Source: the human T2T-CHM13v2.0 reference genome, Homo sapiens. From it: a stretch of DNA of 64,000 nucleotides. The translations under genes and the position numbers were made by a program. Positions 1-20,615 of this stretch are shown here, piece by piece; position 1 is the stretch's first letter, and each line of letters opens with the position of its first letter. The stretch lies in assembly GCF_009914755.1 (NCBI RefSeq), contig NC_060936.1. One strand, 5' to 3'. The notes below the pieces were generated by a model. It saw nothing but the letters and a program-made list of their open reading frames with translations. It was not told where the DNA came from and ran no database searches.

Positions 1-5894
<5,894 letters not shown>

Positions 5895-5912
5895 CTCCTG
5901 GCTGGCTTGCCA
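5895..5912 (-). other. Primer-binding site complementary to the tRNA-Arg(ACG) 3' end
   Basis: On minus TGGCAAGCCAGCCAGGAG, a 17/18 match to the complement of ...CTCCTGGCTGGCTCGCCA, 5 nt from the LTR end. Confidence 0.8.
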
Positions 5913-5917
5913 CGTTT

Positions 5918-6529
5918 TGTTCCCAGGTCAAACTGAAGGTTGGGCTGCTATTTCTTGAGGCCCAGTAACGAGATGCAGATGAACTGGGGAGGAAGAGAGT
6001 TTTTATTTCTGTAACCAGTTACAGGGAGAAGGCCTGGAAATTATCACCAGGCCAATTAAAAATTATAAAGTTTTCCAGAGCTTATATACCTTCTAAGCTC
6101 TATGTCTATGTGTAGGTGTGCATTCATCTAAAGACATAAGTGATTAACTTCTTTTAATCTATAACTAAGGTCTGAGTCTTGAAGACCTTCTTCTGGAGCC
6201 TCAGTAAGTTTACTTAATCTAAATGGGTCCAGGTGCTGGGGTGATTACCCTTCTCTTATCTCCTGCTAAATCACAGAGGTTTGGGGAGTTCCTTCAGAAT
6301 CCCAATAAACTCATTTGTGGAGGCCTGGGGAGTTTCTTCAGACCCCCAATAAAACTTGTTTAATCATGCTTTGAGGTTCAGGAAAGGCCTAGGCAAAACT
6401 CTTGGTGGGCTTTTGTTACATTCTGGCCTTTGTATAAGGGCACTGGCTTTTAATATTTAACTTAACCACTCTATCAGTACTGAAACAGTTGTTATGGAGG
6501 CCTGTATTAGTGAAACCTGGCCTGCCACA
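5918..6529 (-). mobile_element. ERV1 LTR (PABL_A-like), 5' LTR of a minus-strand provirus
   Basis: On minus it runs TGTGGCAGGCCAGG...GGGAACA (TG..CA ends) with TATATAA and AATAAA inside, followed by a PBS. Family name from recalled consensus. Confidence 0.8.
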
Positions 6530-6805
6530 TCCCCTCTCCCTATGTTGGGCTTGGGAAGCAATGAAAAAAACAGCTCCAAGGATCCACAGGCTCAGCAACA
6601 GCACTGCCTTTTGGTAAAATTTTTGTTGTTAGTTATACAAGTATTAAAAGGACAAAATCTACTGCTAGGTTTGCATAAGAAAAAAATAAATTAAAAAAAC
6701 TAAAAATGATAAAATCTCAGTAAAAAGCTCAAATACATGTTTTTGTGTAAAGGAGGTCCTTCTTGACCGCCTCCTTCAATCCCACACTGCTCTCGGAGGA
6801 TTTTA

Positions 6806-7232
<427 letters not shown>

Positions 7233-7766
7233 CTAACAATTTATTTTAGGGATCTTTTCATGTTAGTCCATTGGTTTGAAGGACTGAAGAATATGGAGGT
7301 GCCAGATTTGTTCACTTAGTCCTTTACTAATGGACACTTAGGTTGTTTTCAGTTTTTCCCCTTAACAAACCATACACTATTAACCTAGGCTAACAAAACA
7401 CTGAACAACCGGCATCCTATTACCTCCAATCTACAACAACAGACGCTCCAAAGGAATAAAACTAAGGAAAGTCAGTCTAGTTACCTCATATCCTAACATG
7501 TGTTGTATATAGAGTACTGAGCCCTTACCAACACCATGAAATCAGAGAGGGCTCTCAAGGTCATTTAGAATCAAACTCATGCCATGACTGAGTCTCCTGG
7601 AGCAACGCCCTGTGCCACAGAGGTGCCGTCTTGAACACCTCCAGAGATGGGGAGCTCACAACCTGATCAAGATACCTCAGTTCATCTTCCAGGAGCTCAG
7701 ACTGAAGAGGAAGGGGACAAGAATGGGCTTCACTTGTCTACTTTGTCTCTCCTTCCCCACTCCAAG

Positions 7767-8031
7767 GCTGCTGCTGGAGTTTGACCTACTGATCTTCAGC
7801 TTCGGACAGCTGCCATTGGCGCTGGTGACCTGGGTGCCCATGTTTCTGTCCACCCTGTTGGCGCCGTACCAGGCCCTACGGCTGTGGGCCAGGGGCACCT
7901 GGACGCAGGCGACGGGCCTGGGCTGTGCGCTGCTAGCCGCCCACGCCGTGGTGCTCTGCGCGCTGCCGGTCCACGTGGCCGTGGAGCATCAGCTCCCGCC
8001 GGCCTCCCGTTGTGTCCTGGTCTTCGAGCAG
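7767..8031 (+). CDS. SOAT2: SOAT2 coding exon (exon 6 by recalled numbering)
   Basis: ccaag| acceptor and |gtgag donor, 265 nt. Encodes (R)[43 protein letters not shown]...RCVLVFEQ, matching ACAT2. Confidence 0.97.
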
Positions 8032-8473
8032 GTGAGGGCCGAGCCCTGCTGACGGACAGGAAGGAACCAGCTGGTGGGGCCATCTCAGCAGAGGGGGAGT
8101 CCCCCAAAGAGGGGGCGGGGCCCACGAGAGGGAGGCGCTGGAGAAGGCATTGGCAGGGGCGGAGCTAGTTACCGGGGGTGGAGTCCATTACGAGGGATTT
8201 GGGGAACCTGCAGGCTGGAAGGCAAACACTGTGACACCGCCATCACAGGAGGTTGACCGGAAGACTCCGCTCTGGCCTCTTATCCTAGCAGCCTTCATTC
8301 ATCCCAGCATATGTTAGGCTATACGGCCATCCAACAAAAAGAAAAAGTATGGGCTCTGACCAGACAGATCTTACACTCTGCCTGCCTCTCAGAGGTAACC
8401 CAGAGCACAGAGAGGTTAAGCGATTTGCTTAAAGCCACACAGCAACTTTTCCTCCCCTTCCATTCTGCCACAG

Positions 8474-8543
8474 GTTAGGTTCCTGATGAAAAGCTACTCC
8501 TTCCTGAGAGAGGCTGTGCCTGGGACCCTTCGTGCCAGACGAG
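8474..8543 (+). CDS. SOAT2: SOAT2 coding exon 7
   Basis: cacag|GTTAGGTTC...CGAG|gtgag, 70 nt. Encodes [23 protein letters not shown] (MKxxSF motif of ACAT/DGAT1). Confidence 0.96.
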
Positions 8544-8792
8544 GTGAGGCCTTCATCTTGCCCGGTTGTGAACTCAGTCCTCTTGGCTGACTGAATGAAG
8601 CCAGCAGGTGCAGGATCCTGATAAAAGTCCCTGCCTTCCTAAGCCCGGGTTGCCCACCAGGCACAGCCCTGGCATCCAGCTGGGCTCTGTGGGCCTTCAT
8701 CATTAGGCATTCTCAGCCCCTGCCTCTGACAGATGGCACCTCTGTTACCCAGGACTTCTGGCACTTTCCTATTTCCTATTTCCAGGCCCAGC

Positions 8793-10400
<1,608 letters not shown>

Positions 10401-10726
10401 TTAGGAAGTCCAGACAGAAGGGGAAGGAGAATGGGTTGTCGAACGTGTGGGTACCAAATGAAGCTCTGGCCACAGCAGGCCCTGCACTGGAAGATAGGGT
10501 GCCTGAAATGACAGCAGAAGAGATGGTGTTAAAGAGCCAGTTCCGCTCCTGCCCAGCTTAGCTCCCCTAGCCCGCATCCAGGTCCTACGTCCAGCTCCTT
10601 GCTTATCCCCCACCCCCACCCTATCCATTTCTCCACTCACCAATCCCACCACCCTTCCCCAGCAGCCCCCTCACCTCTGCCCTCTGCCCTTGCCCTTACT
10701 AATCCACCCCTCTCATTCCTCCCCAG

Positions 10727-10811
10727 GTGAGGGGATCCAGGCCCCCAGTTTCTCCAGCTACCTCTACTTCCTCTTCTGCCCAACACTCATCTACAGGGAG
10801 ACTTACCCTAG
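10727..10811 (+). CDS. SOAT2: SOAT2 coding exon 8
   Basis: cccag|GTGAGGGG...CCTAG|gtaag, 85 nt. Encodes [28 protein letters not shown](R). Confidence 0.96.
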
Positions 10812-11266
10812 GTAAGACCCTGCACTCCTTCCCCAAATGCCCAGGCCCATCAGGAAACTTACCCTTCTACTCTCCCCTCCCTGAGGTCCTCAGGCTCACC
10901 TCAGGCACTGGCCACTTTCTCAGGAAGCATCTCATAATAAAGATGGGAAATAGGTGACTGGTAGACTACCCTGTCTCCTTGCCCGGCCTATGATGACACT
11001 AGGGCAACCCACTTTCCTGGTTTACCCAGGACTGTCTTGATAATCCTACCCATCCTACACACCCTTGTTGACATCCATGCTTAAAACCCACTTGTTATCT
11101 CTGTTATGGAAAGTTCAGAGTATCCTAGACCCCACCACCCTAGATAATCCTCCCAGGCCTAAGCAATTAAGGGAACTGAGGAGAGAGGGCCCCAGAACCC
11201 GTGCCCAGGCTGAACAGAGAACAACATGAAAGAATGAGAAACATATTGTCCCCATTGCCGCTGCAG

Positions 11267-11312
11267 GACGCCCTATGTCAGGTGGAATTATGTGGCCAAG
11301 AACTTTGCCCAG
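11267..11312 (+). CDS. SOAT2: SOAT2 coding exon 9
   Basis: tgcag|GACGCCC...GCCCAG|gtgag, 46 nt. Encodes TPYVRWNYVAKNFAQ; phase agrees with both neighbours. Confidence 0.95.
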
Positions 11313-11500
11313 GTGAGAAGATAGGGTAGAAGGGTGGACCTGTGACTCATGGTGGTGGAGAGGGGACATTTCTGGGAGGCCTGGGGAGGCAGTGGGAGGG
11401 TGATGCCAAGGGAAGAGAAGGCCAGTGCTGGGCCAGAGGTCAATGCCACCGGCAGCTGCCAGCATCCCTCTCCAGTTATGTGTCCCCATGCCCCCTCCAG

Positions 11501-11630
11501 GCCCTGGGATGTGTGCTCTATGCCTGCTTCATCCTGGGCCGCCTCTGTGTTCCTGTCTTTGCCAACATGAGCCGAGAGCCCTTCAGCACCCGTGCCCTGG
11601 TGCTCTCTATCCTGCATGCCACGTTGCCAG
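11501..11630 (+). CDS. SOAT2: SOAT2 coding exon 10
   Basis: tccag|GCCCTG...CCAG|gtgag, 130 nt. Encodes [43 protein letters not shown]. Confidence 0.96.
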
Positions 11631-12430
11631 GTGAGCCAACTAAGGTAGGGCTAGAGCAGCTGTGCCCTGGGGAAGGCTAATCAGGGAAGGCCTTGCTAGT
11701 TACCTTCCCTCAGTTTCAACACGTTCTCCTTCTGAGTCTCTCCTCACATCTGTCCCCTCCTATCAGGGCCATTGCCATGGTCTCAGTTCAGACCATCTGC
11801 TCCCCCTCCACATCAGCCTCCTAACCCATCTCCCTGGCACCCAGATCTTTCCTTTCCCATCTACCCCTAACACTGCTGCCCAGGTGAACTTTCCTACTGC
11901 AACTAATCATTCCCTACCCTCCTTCAAAAACTCTAGTGATAAGTCAATGCTGGCACTTTTGGATCAGATATGAACCCTTGATGTGGCATCCAAGGCTCCT
12001 TCCCACACAGCCCCAGCCTATCTGGGGGAAGATATGTGCTTCCATGCCTCCAGGCCTTTGCCCATACTGGCCCCTCAGCTTGAAATACCCTTTCCTAATT
12101 TTCAGCCATGGAATCTAGTTGCTTCTTGGAGGCCCATGGTTGAGATGCCCCCTCCTGTGGGAAGCCTTCCTTTTGTAGCCATCAATTACTATGACCCACC
12201 TGTTTCTCTGTACTCACAGGCACATCAATGCCACCATACTTAGCTCCCATTACATTTGCCCTGGACACATGGTTGGACATCTTTCTGTCTCTGTCTCTGT
12301 GTGTGTCTCACTTCAATTACTCTGTGAACTCCCAATGGCCCTTTGAGATTCATCTCTATCACCAACATCTGGCACAAAGTGATGCCAAGTAAATGTACAT
12401 GAACAAATGGATGAATAAATGAATGCATGA

Positions 12431-13011
<581 letters not shown>

Positions 13012-13162
13012 AGGAATGCATAAATTTGTGAATTACCAATAAATGAATGGTAAGAGTTGGGGCCCTGGTTTCTGGGCAGGGGCTCCTCAGAACCCAGATC
13101 AGGGCTGCCTGTGGGTCCATGTGGGCCAGCCTGACCTGCAGCCTCTTGTCCCCAACCACCAG

Positions 13163-13260
13163 GCATCTTCATGCTGCTGCTCATCTTCTTTGCCTTCCTC
13201 CATTGCTGGCTCAACGCCTTTGCCGAGATGCTACGATTTGGAGACAGGATGTTCTACCGG
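13163..13260 (+). CDS. SOAT2: SOAT2 coding exon 11
   Basis: accag|GCATC...TACCGG|gtggg, 98 nt. Encodes [33 protein letters not shown]. Confidence 0.96.
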
Positions 13261-13679
13261 GTGGGGCCTGGACCTAGGCCAGTTGGAAGCTGGAGATAGG
13301 GAGGGTTAGGGAGGGATCTGGGGAAGATGGTAGCCAGGTTGGGTGTCACTTCAGCCATGCTGTTCACCTCCCATAATAAGAAATGCAGTCCTCTGGATGT
13401 GCTTATAATGCCACCCCTCCACCTCCTGACAAGCCAGGGCTAACTGCTTTTGTGTGCATGGTACTACAGAATCTTCTCCTGAGAGAGGGAGTAGGAGGGA
13501 GGACAGGGCCTCCGTGACCTGAGGAGGGAGGTGGGAGAGTGTCTGCTGTCCCTGTTCTGCCAGGAGCCAGCCCTTCTGGAACACTGGGATAGGGTGCAGG
13601 CAGAGGGAGCAGTGGGGAGGAGCCGGAACCCAGATGCTTGCTTACCTCCTTTCCCCCACTCTGACCCCACCTTCTCCAG

Positions 13680-13778
13680 GACTGGTGGAACTCAACGTCC
13701 TTCTCCAACTACTACCGCACTTGGAACGTGGTGGTCCATGACTGGCTGTACAGCTACGTGTATCAGGATGGGCTGCGG
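13680..13778 (+). CDS. SOAT2: SOAT2 coding exon 12
   Basis: tccag|GACTGGTGG...CTGCGG|gtatg, 99 nt. Encodes [33 protein letters not shown], completing the FYxDWWN motif. Confidence 0.97.
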
Positions 13779-14169
13779 GTATGGGCCCTGCAGACCCCTT
13801 CAGCTCTCACAGTTAATAGGGGCTCTCCTTCCTTCCCTCTCCTTCCCTCCTGCTACAGTGTGGCAACTACACCACTCACCTAAGGGCCTAAGGGCCGTTT
13901 TGATTTCATCTGTCCTCATTTTCTCATTTTACCCAACCCAATGGGTAGAAAGTCCTTGCAATCTTAACTTTCTTCCATCTTTATCCTTAATTCCACCCTG
14001 TCCACAGGGCATTGTTTCCCACCTTAGCCTTCTAAGGAACATGCACATAGCAATTTTCAGCTACCAAGGGTTTTTACATACATTTAATCAGCACAGTAAC
14101 CCTGAGAAATAAATATGATTATATCCTCATTTTAAAATGGCACCTAAGTCCCAATGGGATAGTAGCATG

Positions 14170-14203
<34 letters not shown>

Positions 14204-14587
14204 AGATGGAGTCCAGCCTTGTTGCCCAGGCTGGAGTAGAGTGGCACGATCTTGGCTCACCTGCAACCTCTGCCTCCTGGGTTCAAGCGATTCTTCTGCC
14301 TCAGCCTTTTGAGTAGCTGGGACTACACGCAAATGCCACCATGCTCAGCTAATTTTTGTATTTTTAGTAGAGACGAGGTTTCACCATATTGGCCAGGCTG
14401 GTCTTGAACTCCTGACCTTATGATCTGCCCATCTCAGCCTCCCAAAGTGCTGGGATTACAGACGTAAGTGACCGTGCCCAGCCAGCATGCTCTTAAATAA
14501 GATTGATGTCACCCCTTCTGACCTCAGATCCCATATTCTTTCCACTGCGCCACACTCCCCCTGGCTTCCTTAAGGTGGGGGCTCTTT

Positions 14588-15392
14588 TTTTTTTTTTTTT
14601 TTTTGACCATTGGGAGGTAAACATCTTAAAAGCAAATTTTATTCTGGTTACATTCATTAGCAGAAATACTTTCATCTGACACAGCATTAGGTCAACAACT
14701 TTAAACCCCAAACTACCTTTTTTTTTTTTTTTTATTGATCATTCTTGGGTGTTTCTCGCAGAGGGGGATTTGGCAGGGTCATAGGACAATAGTGGAGGGA
14801 AGGTCAGCAGATAAGTGAACAAAGGTCTCTGGTTTTCCTAGGCAGAGGACCCTGCGGCCTTCCGCAGTGTTTGTGTCCCTGGGTACTTAAGATTAGGGAG
14901 TGGTGATGACTCTTAACCAGCATGCTGCCTTCAAGCATCTGTTTAGCAAAGCACATCTTGCACCGCCCTTAATCCATTTAACCCTGAGTGGACACAGCAC
15001 ATGTTTCAGAGAGCACAGGGTTGGGGGTAAGGTCACAGATCAACAGGATCCCAAGGCAGAAGAATTTTTCTTAGTACAGAACAAAATGAAAAGTCTCCCA
15101 TGTCTATTTCTTTCTACACAGACACCGCAACCATCCGATTTCTCAATCCTTTCCCCACCTTTCCCCCCTTTCTATTCCACAAAACTGCCATTGTCATCAT
15201 GGCCCGTTCTCAATGAGCTGTTGGGTACACCTCCCAGACGGGGTGGTGGCCGGGCAGAGGGGCTCCTCACTTCCCAGTAGGGGCGGCCGGGCAGAGGCGC
15301 CCCTCACCTCCCGGACGGGGCGGCTGGCCGGGCGGGGGGCTGACCCCCCCACCTCCCTGCCGGACTGGGCGGCTGGCCGGGCGGGGGGCTGG
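14588..15392 (-). mobile_element. 5'-truncated SVA (SVA_D-like: SINE-R plus partial VNTR) with a 3' transduction
   Basis: SINE-R starts at tttattgatcattcttgggtgtttctcgcagagg (14731), followed by GC-rich VNTR units to ~15392. Two poly(T) tracts; TSD aggtgggggctcttt at 14573-14587 and 15393-15407. Confidence 0.93.
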
Positions 15393-15458
15393 AGGTGGGG
15401 GCTCTTTGTGGAGGAGCTCAGGGAGACTTACTCTTCACTCCTTTCCTCACCCTGCCAG

Positions 15459-15594
15459 CTCCTTGGTGCCCGGGCCCGAGGGGTAGCCATGCTGGGTGTG
15501 TTCCTGGTCTCCGCAGTGGCCCATGAGTATATCTTCTGCTTCGTCCTGGGGTTCTTCTATCCCGTCATGCTGATACTCTTCCTTGTCATTGGAG
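15459..15594 (+). CDS. SOAT2: SOAT2 coding exon 13 (contains the MBOAT catalytic His in VAHEY)
   Basis: gccag|CTCCTT...GGAG|gtgag, 136 nt. Encodes [45 protein letters not shown]. Confidence 0.97.
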
Positions 15595-16105
15595 GTGAGC
15601 TGGTCTCTGTGCCACTGGAAGGGAGCCATCCAGAGGGAGGCCTGCATCCTGCTCCTGCAGATCCCAGACTGATGGTGGGAGGCCTCGCCCCCAGGCCTGG
15701 AGGCAAGGCTGCTGAGACTGAGAGGTGGAGTCAAGGGGGTACTTGGAAAGCAGGGAGGGAGGCAGCATTTGGGAGGCAGCCAAGCTGTATCCTGGGGCAT
15801 GTGGGAGGAGGTTTCTGGTTGGAGAGGAATATTTGAATAGATCACTCATGGAGGAAGACAAAGAGGAGGAAACTGGGATGAGGCTGAGAGGCTCAGTATG
15901 AGATTCAGGATATTGAAGTACAAACTGAAGAATCCTGGTTTTACATGGGCCACTTTAGACCTCTACGAATTTCTGCACCTGAGTTCAAGATCTTCTCCAA
16001 TGGGGCCTTCTTGTTCCATCTCTTCCCAATACCCTGGAATGGGAGGGAAGCCAGGGAGACAAGGCACTCCTGGAGCTGGAATGACAACCTTTCCTCCTGC
16101 ACCAG

Positions 16106-16251
16106 GAATGTTGAACTTCATGATGCATGACCAGCGCACCGGCCCGGCATGGAACGTGCTGATGTGGACCATGCTGTTTCTAGGCCAGGGAATCCAGGTC
16201 AGCCTGTACTGCCAGGAGTGGTACGCACGGCGGCACTGCCCCTTACCCCAG
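16106..16251 (+). CDS. SOAT2: SOAT2 coding exon 14
   Basis: accag|GAATG...CCCCAG|gtaag, 146 nt. Encodes [49 protein letters not shown]. Confidence 0.97.
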
Positions 16252-16450
16252 GTAAGAGACCACAACCCTCATCCAGCTCCCCATCCATGAGGACACACAG
16301 ACCAACAGCCAGTCCCTCCTTGTTCCCCAACTCACCGGCCACAGTCAGGCACCAGGGCCTGGCTTGGGGGTGATGGACTCTCACGTCTTGGATGCATGGG
16401 TTGAGTCACCAGGAATGATCTCATTCACGACTTATTCTTCTCTGGCTCAG

Positions 16451-16501
16451 GCAACTTTCTGGGGGCTGGTGACACCTCGATCTTGGTCCTGCCATACCTA
16501 G
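16451..16501 (+). CDS. SOAT2: SOAT2 terminal coding exon 15
   Basis: ctcag|GCAACT; encodes ATFWGLVTPRSWSCHT, then TAG at 16499-16501. Confidence 0.96.
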   Translation, partial: ATFWGLVTPRSWSCHT

Positions 16502-16886
16502 AGGTCGGGACAGACGACGCTACCTGCCCAGACACCACCAAGTTCTCTGCCTGCAAAACCTGGGACCAGGACTCCTGTCTGCATTCCCAAATTTGGCTCT
16601 GAGTCGAGGCAACCTGCACACAAGACCCCACCAAGGAATGTGCAAGGACTGAGATCTGCAGACTTGTGGGTAACTGATCACAGACCTCAGCATGGGGGTG
16701 ACCAGGGTGACTCTTCAATCCCTATCCCCATGGGCTGGGTACAGGATATCCTCCTACCCCATGACTGTCTTAGGGAGACTTGGGGTACCTTATGGATTTG
16801 ATGAATGTGGGGGAACTCAGAGGAACTGGGGCCACCAAGGTTGGAAAAGGGTTTGGTTCTTGACTTTGTATTCCTTCCAATACAGC

Positions 16887-16892
16887 AATAAA
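16887..16892 (+). terminator. SOAT2: SOAT2 polyadenylation signal AATAAA
   Basis: AATAAA ~390 nt after the stop codon, followed by T-rich and (TTCA)n sequence. Confidence 0.8.
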
Positions 16893-17521
16893 CTTTGTCT
16901 CCCTTTTTATTCATTCATTCATTCATTCATTCATTCATTCATCATTTGTGGAAGGCTCACTTGGATTTTTGTAGAGTTGTGTCTGCAGAGGCAAGACTTT
17001 GTGGTAGGATGGGTGAGAATCTTGGGTGCCCCCTGCCTTACCTTCTCTATGCCACCACCATCTCCCAGAAACCTGACCCTTCTTCCACCTCTTCTCCAGC
17101 TCATATTGAATTTTCTAGCCCCTTTAATCCTTCTGCTCATGGCATGCCCTAGCACATTTTGAGAGGACACGTAGCAGGCCTCCTTTCCTTTAGTAGATTC
17201 AGGAGAGGCATGCCTCGTATAGACCTGAAATGAAGCTTTTAATTTCGTGAACCCCAGTTTCTACAACTATAAAAGGGACATTAAAATTAGGAGTGTCCCA
17301 ACTGAAGGAGACAGAAGGTCAAAATACTTCTGTTCAAAACTGTTTCAGAAACCAGACTATGTGGTCTGCCCTCCCCACACTGATTCCCTGCCTGATGTGG
17401 TTCTGGGGAGACATCTGTGTAAGAAAAGTGGGGAACATTAGTCTCAGGGGGGCTGAGGACCAAAAAATCCAGGGTCCCTAAGAGAGAGAGATGGGGTATT
17501 TCTTTTTTTTTTTTTTTTTAA

Positions 17522-17758
<237 letters not shown>

Positions 17759-17784
17759 TAGCCAGGATGGTCTCGATCTCCTGA

Positions 17785-18197
<413 letters not shown>

Positions 18198-18766
18198 TGA
18201 GCCATCACACCCAGACTCTTTTCTCCCTCTTTTTATGCCTTCTTTTGAATAAATTATTATTCCACAAGTGGAATGAATGATACATTTTTATTTCATTTCT
18301 GTTATCTTATTGTATGTTCTTTACTCATCCCATGATTTAGCTTTGTAGCTCATGTTGCTATTCTTTCATTTCCCCTACCCCATTGTTATTTTGGATGTTC
18401 TACTATATTTTTCCATTCTCTTGTTAGTTACCTTCCCTTCCAGCAATAATAATAAAACACACATTATGATTATTTGAAAATATGCCAATTATGTATTCCA
18501 TTAAGATGTTTCATGTCCTGCACTTCTACCAATAAGAGACATTTAGAATACTTTTTCTTACCTCTCTCACTCTGCTTCCAACTCCTGGGTTTTTCTGAGA
18601 TAGGATAGTACTTTTGGTTGTAGATATAATTAGATGTCTATCAAGCTCCATGAACATTTAACTGTATAATATTTTTCTTTCTAAGTTTGTTGCTCACTAC
18701 TTGTTCTTTATTCTCTTCACCTTCCTCTATCTTGATTTCTCTGTTCTGTACCAAACCATTCTTTCA

Positions 18767-19252
<486 letters not shown>

Positions 19253-20461
19253 TCACAAGGTCAGGAGTTTGAGACCAGCCTGACCAACATGGTGAAACCC
19301 CGTCTCTATTAAAAATACAAAAATTAGCCGGGAGTGGTGGTGCACGCCTGTAATCTCGGCTACTCAGGCAGCTGAGGCAGGAGAATCACTTGAACCCAGG
19401 GGGCAAAGGTCGCAGTGAGCCAAGATTGTGCCACCGCACTCCAACCTGGGCAACAGAGCGAGACTCCATCTCAAAAAAAAAAAAAAAAAAAGAAAGAAAG
19501 AAAGATTCCTGTGTAGTCATTTATTTCTCTCAGTTTTCCCACTTTGAGCCTCCAGTGTTGCAGATGAAAAGTCCCATACCAATGTGATTTGTTTCCTTTT
19601 GTAGATAACTTGCTCTTTCTGTCTAAAAACTTGAAAATGTTTTTCTTTAACCTTGAAGTTTGGGAGTTTCATGCCTGTGTGTATGTCTTTTCTTGTTGTA
19701 TCTTCCTGTTTCCTTTCAGTCTTCAAGCTCAGATATTTCTTCACGTCAGCAAAATTTTCTTCTATTCTTTATTGCTTCTCCTCCATCTATTCCTTTTCCC
19801 CCTTTTGGAACTAATATAGTTGAATTTCAGGACTACTGGATCTACTCTCCAAGAATCACATTTTCCTCATTATTTCCATCTCTTCATAGTATTTGCTCCA
19901 TGCTTTGAAATATTATTTCCACTTGTTCTTCCAAGCCACTAATTTGAGTCTCAGCAGTGCCTATTCTCTCTTTCAATACATATACTAATTTTTTTGTTGT
20001 TGAAAGTGTTGTTTTTTTAGTTCCCAAAAGTTGTTTCTTTCTTTTTCCTTTTTTTTCTTTCTTTTCTTCTTCCTCTTTTTTTTTTTTTTTTTTTTTCATA
20101 CTACTTGAATCTCTAAGTGCTCCTAATTGTTTAAGTTATCATATATCTCTTTCAGTGGCTACTGTGCTTTCTGGTGGGCAGGGAAACAAGCTATCATAAC
20201 TGCATCCCTGCAGGGCCAAGGCTCTCTGAGTCACATTCTTCCAGTGTTCCCATGGTCCTGATCTCTCTGCTCTGGGTGCTTCAAAGCTGGTCTCTATGCA
20301 GTGAGAGTGAGGAAGCTCCTCACCAGGTCTCCACACCAGGACTTCCCCCCTCTAACCCTAAGTTAAGGCTTTAATTGGCACCCTGCAGCCTGGCTCCAGC
20401 AGCAACATGGCTAAATGTTTGGAAATGAGGGTGGAATAGAGTGGAAATTGCCTTAGAACTG

Positions 20462-20615
20462 TAGTTCTCAAACTCCATCGTGCATTAGAACTACCTTCGG
20501 GGTTTGTTAATACAGAGTTTCTGATTCATTAAGTCTGGGGTCAAGCCTGAGAATGTGCATTTCTAACAAGTTTCCAGGGCAAGCCCTTGCTGCTGATCTA
20601 GGGACCACTTCTTTA
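20462..20615. mobile_element. MER5A-like hAT-Charlie relic
   Basis: ttctcaaact...gtttctgattca...gcatttctaacaagtt...gggaccac pattern resembling the recalled consensus. Confidence 0.65.

Noticed and set aside
14900-15280. 126-aa ORF
   Set aside because: Antisense translation of the SVA SINE-R region.
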